From the IMG/VR virus record IMGVR_UViG_3300032291_002057, positions 1 through 14,304 of that record: a DNA stretch of 14,304 nt; one strand, given 5' to 3'. This document shows, piece by piece, positions 6,529-14,261 of the stretch. The notes beneath the pieces were generated by a model, which was not told the DNA's origin, searched no databases, and saw only the letters and a list, made by a program, of their open reading frames with translations. Within the stretch, counting starts at the first letter, position 1; each line of letters opens with the position of its first letter. A program made the translations under genes and the position numbers. This DNA comes from a virus. Taxonomy: Duplodnaviria > Heunggongvirae > Uroviricota > Caudoviricetes.

Positions 6529-9242
6529 GTTATGTAGATGCTATTCATAGCAGGGATGAGGATCGCATCTTTGTAGTTGAACGTGACAAAAATGGGTTGC
6601 GTCAATACAAAGAATATCCTGCTAATTACGTTTTATATTATCCTGACGTAAAGGGTAAGTATCGTAGTATCTATGGCAATCCTGTCAGTCGTTTTAGTAC
6701 TCGCAAACGTGCTGAGTTTGAAAAAGAAAAACGTATACAATCAGGTAAAAATCTGTTTGAGAGCGATATCAATCCTGTCTTCCGATGCCTGAGTGAAAAC
6801 TATTTAGGTGTTGATGCACCTAAACTACACACTTGTTTCTTTGACATTGAAGTAGACTTTGATCCAGAAAAAGGTTTCAGTCCTACTAGTGATCCATTCA
6901 ATCCAGTAACTGCAATCAGTATGTATTTGGATTGGCAAGATACACTAGTAACATTGTGTATTGCGCCAAAGCACATGACCACAGATACAGCATGGGAAAT
7001 CACTAAAGAGTTTGAGAACTGTTTGCTTTTCAATAACGAAAAGGAAATGTTTGATACATTCTTTGAATTGATTGAAGATGCTGATGTATTAACTGGTTGG
7101 AACTCAGAAGGATATGATATACCATATATGGTTAATCGTGTCACCCGTGTAATGAGTAAAGACGATACACGCAAATTCTGTTTAATGGGTCAACTACCCA
7201 AGCCAAGAGAATATGAACGATTTGGTAAGTCAGAACAGACTTATGATTTGGTTGGTCGTATTCACATGGACTATCTTCAACTCTATAAGAAGTACAATTA
7301 TGAAAGTCGCCATAGCTATAAACTAGATGCTATTGGTGAGTTGGAGGTTGGTGAGAACAAAACACAATATGAAGGTACTCTTGACCAATTGTATAACAAG
7401 GACTTTAAGAGGTTCATTGAATACAATCGACAAGATACCATGTTGTTGGTAAAGATTCACAACAAATTAAAATTCTTAGAGTTAGCTAATCAACTAGCAC
7501 ATGAAAACACAGTACTGCTTCCAACAGTAATGGGTTCAGTGGCTATGATTGAAATGGCTATATTTAATGAAGCCCACGAACGTGGTTTAGTTGTCCCTGA
7601 TAAAAAACGAAGGAAAGAAAATGCAGAAGATGTCCAACAAGCGGCAGGTGCCTATGTTGCTACGCCCAAAAGAGGTATGCACGAATACGTCGGAGCAGTT
7701 GATATCAACTCGCTCTACCCCTCGGTTATTAGAGCCCTTAATATGGCGGGAGAAACAATCGTCGGGCAAGTCAGACAAACAATAACTGACCAGTATATGG
7801 CTGATAAAGGTCAAAGACTTGCATCAGAAAAGAAACGTCACAAAGAGGGTGATGATGCAGTTACTGGTAGTATTCTATGGGAAAATTTGTTTGGTGCATT
7901 AGAGTACACTGCAATTATGAATCAAGAACGTGGCACTATGCTTACAATTGATTATGAAGATGGTCGTAGTGAAGAACTGAGTGCGGCAGAAATATGGAAA
8001 CTGGTCTTTGATAGTCATAAGCCTTGGATGCTTAGTGCAAATGGTACAATCTTTACGTATGAAAAAGAAGGTGTTGTTCCTGGATTACTATCTCGCTGGT
8101 ATAGTGACCGTAAAGAAATGCAGAAAAAACTAAAAGAAGCAACGACCCAAACTGATAGAGAGTATTGGGATAAGCGACAACTGGTACGCAAGATTTTGCT
8201 TAACTCTGCATACGGCGCACTATTGAATGAGCATTGCAGGTTCTATGATAAACGTATTGGTCAATCAGTAACATTGAGTGGTCGGCAGATTGTTCGTCAT
8301 ATGATGAGCCAAATCAATGAATGTGTTACTGGTGAATATAATCACGAAGGTAGCGCAATTGTTTATGGTGATACTGACAGTTGTTATTTTAGTGCATATC
8401 CTGTTCTCTATTCGCAAATACAGAATGGTGAATTACAATGGGATAAAGACTTGTGCATCTCATTGTATGATAACATTGCTGACCAAACGAATGATAGTTT
8501 TCCTGGATTCATGGAAAAAGCATTTCACTCACCTCGAAAGAATGGCGAGATTATTAAAGCTGGTCGTGAACTGATCGGTGATCGTAGTATCTTTATTACA
8601 AAGAAACGTTATGCTATCAATATCTTTGATAAAGAAGGCAAGCGTAAAGACAGTGAAGGTAAAGCAGGAGATATTAAGGCTATGGGTCTTGATTTGAAAC
8701 GTGCAGATACTCCTAAACAAGTACAAGAGTTCTTAATGTCTATTCTTAGTATGGTAATTCAAGAAGGTAAAGGTCGTGATGAAGTCATTGACAAAGTGAA
8801 AGAATTCAAACGTGTGTTATCTCAACAAGACAGTTGGACTAAGGGTTCTCCTAAAGGTGTTAATAAGTTAACAAGCTATGGAGAACTTGAAGCTAACAGT
8901 AAAACAGGTCGTGCTAACATGCCCGGTCACGTTCGTGCGGCACTTAACTATAATTATTTGCGTAAAGTTCACGGAGATAACTACAGTCAAAAAATTGTTG
9001 ATGGAATGAAAATTGTAGTATGCAAACTCAAGCCCAATCCATTAGGATTTACAAGTGTTGCATATCCAGTAGATGAATTACGTTTACCGCAATGGTTCTG
9101 TGACTTGCCATTTGACGATGATGCTATGGAGCAAACACTTGTTGATGAAAAGATTGACAACTTGCTTGGAGTATTAGATTGGGACATTCGCAGTAACACA
9201 GATGTAAAATCAACATTTGATGAATTGTTTACATTCGGTTAA
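6525..9242 (+). CDS. gp43: Family B DNA polymerase, T4 gp43-like, uninterrupted
   Basis: ExoI FFDIEVD, ExoII WNSEGYDIPY, ExoIII YNRQDT, motif A VDINSLYPS, motif B KILLNSAYG, motif C YGDTDS, and C-terminal clamp-binding-like STFDELFTFG. TTG start overlaps the upstream TGA. Confidence 0.97.
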   Translation: MSYVDAIHSRDEDRIFVVERDKNGLRQYKEYPANYVLYYPDVKGKYRSIYGNPVSRFSTRKRAEFEKEKRIQSGKNLFESDINPVFRCLSENYLGVDAPKLHTCFFDIEVDFDPEKGFSPTSDPFNPVTAISMYLDWQDTLVTLCIAPKHMTTDTAWEITKEFENCLLFNNEKEMFDTFFELIEDADVLTGWNSEGYDIPYMVNRVTRVMSKDDTRKFCLMGQLPKPREYERFGKSEQTYDLVGRIHMDYLQLYKKYNYESRHSYKLDAIGELEVGENKTQYEGTLDQLYNKDFKRFIEYNRQDTMLLVKIHNKLKFLELANQLAHENTVLLPTVMGSVAMIEMAIFNEAHERGLVVPDKKRRKENAEDVQQAAGAYVATPKRGMHEYVGAVDINSLYPSVIRALNMAGETIVGQVRQTITDQYMADKGQRLASEKKRHKEGDDAVTGSILWENLFGALEYTAIMNQERGTMLTIDYEDGRSEELSAAEIWKLVFDSHKPWMLSANGTIFTYEKEGVVPGLLSRWYSDRKEMQKKLKEATTQTDREYWDKRQLVRKILLNSAYGALLNEHCRFYDKRIGQSVTLSGRQIVRHMMSQINECVTGEYNHEGSAIVYGDTDSCYFSAYPVLYSQIQNGELQWDKDLCISLYDNIADQTNDSFPGFMEKAFHSPRKNGEIIKAGRELIGDRSIFITKKRYAINIFDKEGKRKDSEGKAGDIKAMGLDLKRADTPKQVQEFLMSILSMVIQEGKGRDEVIDKVKEFKRVLSQQDSWTKGSPKGVNKLTSYGELEANSKTGRANMPGHVRAALNYNYLRKVHGDNYSQKIVDGMKIVVCKLKPNPLGFTSVAYPVDELRLPQWFCDLPFDDDAMEQTLVDEKIDNLLGVLDWDIRSNTDVKSTFDELFTFG

Positions 9243-9249
9243 ATTGATG

Positions 9250-9278
9250 TTGACTTTCGCAATATATTCCATCATAAT
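9250..9278 (+). promoter_or_regulatory. sigma70-type promoter of the clamp / TGT-like operon (TTGACT-17-CATAAT)
   Basis: TTGACT 9250-9255, CATAAT 9273-9278. Confidence 0.8.
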
Positions 9279-9294
9279 ACACAACATAACTACC

Positions 9295-9300
9295 TAAATA
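9295..9300 (+). promoter_or_regulatory. Possible late-promoter box TAAATA upstream of the clamp gene
   Basis: CCTAAATAG lies upstream of SD AAAGGA (9313-9318) and ATG 9324. Confidence 0.4.
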
Positions 9301-9323
9301 GTAGTAACACTTAAAGGAAAAAC

Positions 9324-10055
9324 ATGAAAGATTATTTGAAAGATTTGATTGACCATACACATGGTCTAGGTAATATTGACTTGATTAAAGTCACGGGTTC
9401 AGCAACTGAAACTACTATCAATGCAATTGCAGAAGATAAGGCAGTTATTGTTAGTGGAACATTTAAGACTCCCATCGCTGACTTCATTGGTGTGTTTGGT
9501 ATGCCAAATTTGAGCAAGTTAAAAACTATTGTTGGCTTTGAAGAATATGATGAACATGCTAAAATTAATGTTGTTAGTACACAGCGAGATGGTATGGATG
9601 TTCCTAGTACTATTCACTTTCAAACTAAGAACGGCGACTTTATCAATGACTATCGTTTGATGTCCAAAGGTATTGTTGAAGAAAAGGTAAAAAGTGTAAC
9701 GTTCAAGGGTGCTTCATGGAATATAGATTTTGAACCAACTATTGCAGGCATCTTGCGTTTAAAGAAGCAATCAAGTGCTAATAGTGAAGAAAAAACTTTT
9801 ACAACTAAAACTGAAAATAGTGATTTAAAAATCTATTTTGGTGATCCATCTACTCACAGTGGTAACTTTGTATTTCATACAGGTATCACAGGTTCTTTAT
9901 CAAAAGCATGGGCGTGGCCTGTAAAAGAATTTATGAGTATCATGGATCTAGTTGGTGACAAGGTTGTTCGCATTAGCGATCAGGGTGCTACTGAAATCAC
10001 TGTAGATAGCGGGATTGCAGTATATCGTTATCTATTGCCTGCACAACAAAAATGA
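9324..10055 (+). CDS. Putative DNA polymerase sliding clamp (T4 gp45/PCNA-like)
   Basis: 243 aa, alternating strand/helix pattern consistent with a two-domain clamp (FGMPNLSKLKTIV, DFINDYRLM, FVFH, WAWPVKEFMSIM, EITVDSGIAVYRYLLPA). Sits immediately after the polymerase. Call rests on size, pattern and context. Confidence 0.65.
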   Translation: MKDYLKDLIDHTHGLGNIDLIKVTGSATETTINAIAEDKAVIVSGTFKTPIADFIGVFGMPNLSKLKTIVGFEEYDEHAKINVVSTQRDGMDVPSTIHFQTKNGDFINDYRLMSKGIVEEKVKSVTFKGASWNIDFEPTIAGILRLKKQSSANSEEKTFTTKTENSDLKIYFGDPSTHSGNFVFHTGITGSLSKAWAWPVKEFMSIMDLVGDKVVRISDQGATEITVDSGIAVYRYLLPAQQK

Positions 10056-10444
10056 TTAACAACATAACACCAATCGGCAAATACATACAGGTTTCTGGCA
10101 GCGGTTCTACCTACGTGTCTAGGAGTTATAACTCAAATGCCAAGATGGTCGGTGACATGATGTATGATGTTGATGCTCAATGTATCAAAGTGTTTGATGG
10201 CAATAGTTGGACAATATTGGCAAGTCCCTCAGTTTCTGTTGGGTTAAATCACGAAGCAGAAAGTTTATTAGATTGGGCAAGAAAGAAGCGTAACGAAGAA
10301 TTAGAATATGAACAACTTGCCGAAACTAATCCTGCCATCAAAGATTTGTTAAGTCAAATCAAAACAAAAGAAGAACAAATACAAATGGTAATGACTTTAC
10401 TTAAAAGTCCAGGAAATGAGCCAGTAGAATTAATGGGAAGTTAA
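10052..10444 (+). CDS. Hypothetical protein, 130 aa, C-terminal coiled coil
   Basis: ATGA overlap upstream and TAATG overlap downstream. No recognised catalytic motif. Confidence 0.75.
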   Translation: MINNITPIGKYIQVSGSGSTYVSRSYNSNAKMVGDMMYDVDAQCIKVFDGNSWTILASPSVSVGLNHEAESLLDWARKKRNEELEYEQLAETNPAIKDLLSQIKTKEEQIQMVMTLLKSPGNEPVELMGS

Positions 10445-12000
10445 TGGAACAAGATAACTTATCACAAAAACAAAATCCAGACTGGGCATTGTTTTTACCC
10501 GCAGTTAGTAGTTTTTATATTGCTGGTTTAGGCAAACAACGTAAGGGTGAAGACTACTTTGATAAAGCAAGAATCCCTGCAGGCTTTAATGGTGATGTAG
10601 AGAAACTAAACTTTCTTAATAGCAAAGAAGGTCTTTACTATTATAAATGGGGTCTATATTCAGCAGGTCATGCAAACTTGGATACAACAGTTGATGACCA
10701 TAATGAAAGCATCATACGTGAACGTGAACAAGGTACGTTTATGTTAGGTGATAGTGGTGGTTTTCAGATATTAAAGGCTCAATGGCCTGCTGACTGGAAA
10801 GATCCTAATTGCCCACGTGCTATGAAAAAGCGTAAACAAGTATTGACATGGATGGATACATACATGGACTATGGTATGTGTTTAGATATCCCAAGTCAGT
10901 CATTGACTACGTTTCATATTCAAGACCCAAAGACTAAAACATCTGCTCACGGTATCAGTACTATTGAAGAAGCTATCACAGCAACACATATCAACAATGA
11001 GTACTTTATTAAGAATCGCAATGGTAAATGCAAGTTTTTGAATGTACTTCAAGGTCGCAATCATACTCAATCACAAGATTGGTATAATGAAATGAAGAAG
11101 TATTGTGACCCTAATGTATATCCAGACAATCATTTTAATGGTTGGGCGTTTGGTGGACAAAATAAGATTGATGTTCATTTGATGTTAACACGTATGATTG
11201 ATATCATATATGATGGATTGTTACAAGAAGGTAAACATGATTTGATTCATTGCTTGGGTACAAGTATTTTAGAATATGCAGTATTGTTTACTGATATTCA
11301 AAAAGCTATTCGTAAGTATCATAATCCTAAACTACAAATTACATTTGACTGTGCAAGTCCTTTCTTTAGTGCGGCTAAAGGTTTAGCATATTTCAATACT
11401 AGTATTGAGCATAATAAAAAGTGGTCATACAGTATGGAAAAGACTGCGGAGAAAAAGTCTTATGCAAATGACACACGTAAGTTCAGTACTGCTGTTCTTG
11501 CTGAGGGTGTTCATAAACTGTTCACTGATAGTCCGGTAACTGATAAATTAATTCTTAAAGACCTGTGCTATCGTGGTGTAGGTTTCATTGGTCAACACGG
11601 TAAAGAAACAAAAACAAGCTGGGATACATTGAGTTATACACTAATTCAGTCACACAATGTTTGGATGCATATGAATGCAGTCCAAGAAGCAAACCGTAGA
11701 TATGAACAAGGAATAGTTCCTAAAATGTTAATGAATGAAACATTTGAAAGTGTTTTATTTAAAGACATTATAGATGAAGTATTCAGTAAAAAAACTAAAC
11801 AAGAAGCCATTGATTTAATAGATAGTCATTCAAGACTATGGATGCAATTTCAATCAGGTAGTCAAGGTATTAGTGGTAAAAAAACTGTTAATGCTATGAC
11901 AATGTTTGACCAGTTATTTGAACAGGAAGAAAATGATTCAGAAGTTGAAGAAATTATTGAAGATAGTGATGATGAAATGGCGCAAATTTTGGAGGCGTAA
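10444..12000 (+). CDS. tRNA-guanine transglycosylase-fold protein, probably a DpdA-like DNA guanine transglycosylase
   Basis: TGT barrel motifs in order: MLGDSGGFQ (10750-10767 for DSGGFQ), MCLDIPS, LNVLQG, GWAFGG, IHCLG, ITFDCASP and SHNVW. The CxCxxC zinc motif is absent. Acidic C-terminal tail. Confidence 0.8.
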   Translation: MEQDNLSQKQNPDWALFLPAVSSFYIAGLGKQRKGEDYFDKARIPAGFNGDVEKLNFLNSKEGLYYYKWGLYSAGHANLDTTVDDHNESIIREREQGTFMLGDSGGFQILKAQWPADWKDPNCPRAMKKRKQVLTWMDTYMDYGMCLDIPSQSLTTFHIQDPKTKTSAHGISTIEEAITATHINNEYFIKNRNGKCKFLNVLQGRNHTQSQDWYNEMKKYCDPNVYPDNHFNGWAFGGQNKIDVHLMLTRMIDIIYDGLLQEGKHDLIHCLGTSILEYAVLFTDIQKAIRKYHNPKLQITFDCASPFFSAAKGLAYFNTSIEHNKKWSYSMEKTAEKKSYANDTRKFSTAVLAEGVHKLFTDSPVTDKLILKDLCYRGVGFIGQHGKETKTSWDTLSYTLIQSHNVWMHMNAVQEANRRYEQGIVPKMLMNETFESVLFKDIIDEVFSKKTKQEAIDLIDSHSRLWMQFQSGSQGISGKKTVNAMTMFDQLFEQEENDSEVEEIIEDSDDEMAQILEA

Positions 12001-12001
12001 A

Positions 12002-12211
12002 ATGTACGAAAATCAAATTGATAAATTACAACAACAATTTAATAATCTTGATACACAAATAAGTGTTACTAAACAAAATCCTAACTATGATTCTCTTGTA
12101 CTACAAAACATGGAGAGCCAGAGGCACCTGATTTATTATGAAATTCAACGATTAAAACGTAAACAGTGGGAAGAAGATAACGAACGAGTTGAGTTCGATG
12201 ATGACCGTTAA
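12002..12211 (+). CDS. Small coiled-coil hypothetical protein, 69 aa (DUF465/YdcH-like pattern, weak)
   Basis: Start reassigned to ATG 12002 with GGAGG at 11991-11995; LDTQI...EIQRL heptad pattern. Confidence 0.65.
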   Translation: MYENQIDKLQQQFNNLDTQISVTKQNPNYDSLVLQNMESQRHLIYYEIQRLKRKQWEEDNERVEFDDDR

Positions 12212-12212
12212 T

Positions 12213-12767
12213 ATGATACCAAACTTAGAAAAACCAATAATTAATTTTGATCCAAAAAGAAAAATATTCATTAAAGAGAATGTTTTGGATCCTGATATGT
12301 GTGACAGTATTATTGAGTTTGGAAAAACTAATGTAATCAAAGGAGTGAACAAATATACACACTTATTTGACATAAGTTTTCATTCTTGTATATTACCATT
12401 AAATCACGAATCACATGTTAAATTATCAGATACGTGGAATGAAATTAGTGAACATTTGAATATGCCGATTGATTTTGTAGAACCTTATGAATTAAAAAGG
12501 TATACTCCTACTGATTTTTTCGGGAAGCATACAGACAATTATTTTTGTCACAAAGATGGCATTGATAGGAAAATTACATTGAGTATACAACTTACTGATG
12601 AAACAGACTTCACTGGTGGAGATTTCTTAATCCTTAATCAACCTGGTCCAAAAGCAAAAGGTAGTATTGTAGCATTTCCCAGTTTCTTCCCACATGAAGT
12701 GAAACCAATTGATACTGGTGTTAGATGGTCATTAATAAGCTGGGCTTGGGGAAAAGATTTTACTTAA
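12213..12767 (+). CDS. 2OG-Fe(II) oxygenase, prolyl-4-hydroxylase/PKHD-type
   Basis: Start likely ATG 12213. KRY...KHTD (HxD), RKITLSIQL, DFTGGDF, GSIVAFPSFFPHEVKPI (distal H), GVRWSLISW (2OG-binding R). Confidence 0.85.
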   Translation: MIPNLEKPIINFDPKRKIFIKENVLDPDMCDSIIEFGKTNVIKGVNKYTHLFDISFHSCILPLNHESHVKLSDTWNEISEHLNMPIDFVEPYELKRYTPTDFFGKHTDNYFCHKDGIDRKITLSIQLTDETDFTGGDFLILNQPGPKAKGSIVAFPSFFPHEVKPIDTGVRWSLISWAWGKDFT

Positions 12768-12781
12768 ACTAACCAATAACA

Positions 12782-12810
12782 TTGTATTACTAACAAAACA
12801 ATGTTATACT
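12782..12810 (+). promoter_or_regulatory. sigma70-type promoter of the QueD-like / sugar-enzyme operon (TTGTAT-17-TATACT, extended -10)
   Basis: TTGTAT 12782-12787, TG 12802-12803, TATACT 12805-12810. Confidence 0.75.
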
Positions 12811-12838
12811 AATTTTATATTAACTAACTGTAATAACT

Positions 12839-13291
12839 ATGGAACAAAACATTCAAGCAATGACTGAAAAACGTGTACGCATTAAACATCACGCCAAACG
12901 TATGATTTTCGTAACATTTCAAAAAGAGGGTATTCATTTATACCCAGCGGCAGCAACAGATCCAGCACTCGCAACGGGTGATGAATATGATGTTAGCTTT
13001 TTAGGAACTCCACATCGTCACATCTTTCACTTTAATGTGGCGATTGAAGTATTTCACAACGACAGGGATATTGAATTCATTCAATTTAAACGCTGGTTAG
13101 AGAATCTCTATAAAGGCGGAACACTTGAATTGAATTACAAGAGTTGTGAAATGATTAGTGATGACCTCTACGAAGTTATTGCTACTAGATATCCCGAGCG
13201 TGACATTGAGATTACTGTCTCCGAAGACGGTGAGAACGGTGCTACGATTTATTACAACACAACAAAACCTTTCAACAACCTCGCTATTTAA
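12839..13291 (+). CDS. QueD/PTPS-like tunnelling-fold protein lacking the catalytic Cys
   Basis: Aligns by eye with QueD: FQKEGIHLYP ~ FTFEAAHRLP, PHRHIF ~ LHGHSF, IEFIQFK ~ IDFAELK, SCEMI ~ TSEVL, TVSEDGENGATIY ~ MVKETCTAGCIY. Start could be the ATG at 12860. Confidence 0.7.
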   Translation: MEQNIQAMTEKRVRIKHHAKRMIFVTFQKEGIHLYPAAATDPALATGDEYDVSFLGTPHRHIFHFNVAIEVFHNDRDIEFIQFKRWLENLYKGGTLELNYKSCEMISDDLYEVIATRYPERDIEITVSEDGENGATIYYNTTKPFNNLAI

Positions 13292-13302
13292 AGGAAAACA
13301 AA

Positions 13303-13509
13303 ATGGCAAAACCAACATTTCAAACTAATCCCCGTGTTACTCAACTATTTGAAGACTTAGAAAAATACAAAGAGTTTTGCGTAGACTTTGGGTATAAGTA
13401 TGATGAAGCAGATTTATATAACCAACGCAGTTATGTATATCGACAATATACTAAATTTGCTACAGGTAAAAATGCAAAAAATCAATGGTCGGAACACGCA
13501 CGTCCATGA
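13303..13509 (+). CDS. Hypothetical protein, 68 aa, aromatic-rich
   Basis: SD AAAGGA directly upstream; ATGA overlap with the next gene. Confidence 0.75.
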   Translation: MAKPTFQTNPRVTQLFEDLEKYKEFCVDFGYKYDEADLYNQRSYVYRQYTKFATGKNAKNQWSEHARP

Positions 13510-14261
13510 AAATAGTATTAGTCACTGGGGGATTTGATCCTCTACATAGTGGGCATATTGAATATTTTCGTGCCGCTAAACAATTAGGAGACTTACTAGT
13601 TGTAGGTCTAAACAGTGACGCATGGCTGACCCGTAAGAAAGGTCAGCCTTTTATGCCTCTGGAAGAACGTAGAGCCATTGTTGGTTCATTGAAAGATGTT
13701 CATGCTACTATGACATTCAATGATGATGACGGTTCTGCTAAAGATTTATTAGTAAAAATCAAACGTGAGTTTCCATATGCTAAGATTGTGTTTGCTAACG
13801 GCGGTGATAGAACACCGGATAACATTCCTGAAATGGATGTACCTAACATTGAATTTGCATTTGGCGTAGGTGGTGATAACAAAATGAACAGTAGTAGTTG
13901 GATACTACGTGAATGGAAGCAACCTAAAATATTGCGTCAATGGGGTTACTATCGTATACTGCATGATGTACCCGGGACTAAAGTAAAAGAATTAACAGTA
14001 GAGCCGGGTAAAAGTTTAAGTTTACAACGGCATAAACATAGAGCAGAATATTGGCATATATCAGAAGGAAGATGTGCTGTAGAACAAAGAATGCCAAATG
14101 GATATCAGTTACCTATAGTAGAATTAGATACACTAAGTCAGACAGTTATACCTATGCACGATTGGCATAGATTGTATAATCCGTTTGATGTTCCATGCAG
14201 AATAATAGAAATTCAATATGGTACGGAATGCAATGAAGAAGATATTGAGAGAAAAGAATGA
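13506..14261 (+). CDS. Fusion: cytidylyltransferase-family nucleotidyltransferase (RfaE/HldE/TagD-like) + mannose-6-phosphate-isomerase type II-like cupin
   Basis: Start reassigned to ATG 13506 (ATGA overlap). N-domain TGGFDPLHSGH (HxGH), GLNSD, RKKGQPF, FANGGDR. C-domain RQWGYYRIL, VKELTVEPGKSLSLQRHKHRAEYW, WHRLYNP, IIEIQYG, EEDIER. Confidence 0.85.
   Translation: MKIVLVTGGFDPLHSGHIEYFRAAKQLGDLLVVGLNSDAWLTRKKGQPFMPLEERRAIVGSLKDVHATMTFNDDDGSAKDLLVKIKREFPYAKIVFANGGDRTPDNIPEMDVPNIEFAFGVGGDNKMNSSSWILREWKQPKILRQWGYYRILHDVPGTKVKELTVEPGKSLSLQRHKHRAEYWHISEGRCAVEQRMPNGYQLPIVELDTLSQTVIPMHDWHRLYNPFDVPCRIIEIQYGTECNEEDIERKE

Noticed and set aside
7758-8033. Long segment between polymerase motif A and the SANG motif, possible mini-intein
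   Set aside because: No C/S/T start with block B TxxH and no HN/HQ end. It reads as a lineage-specific insertion; the gene has no stop or frameshift suggesting an intron.
10444-12000. Ordinary bacterial queuine tRNA-ribosyltransferase (tgt)
   Set aside because: Lacks the zinc motif and the bacterial DEC / GGLSVGE pocket, is longer, and sits in a replication operon. tRNA activity is not formally excluded, so no gene symbol was given.
2336-13505. ORF-track starts at 2336, 6211, 11906, 12189 and 13485
   Set aside because: Downstream ATGs (2396, 6262, 12002, 12213, 13506) fit SD sequences, stop-start overlaps or gene boundaries better; the extensions run through promoters or upstream genes.
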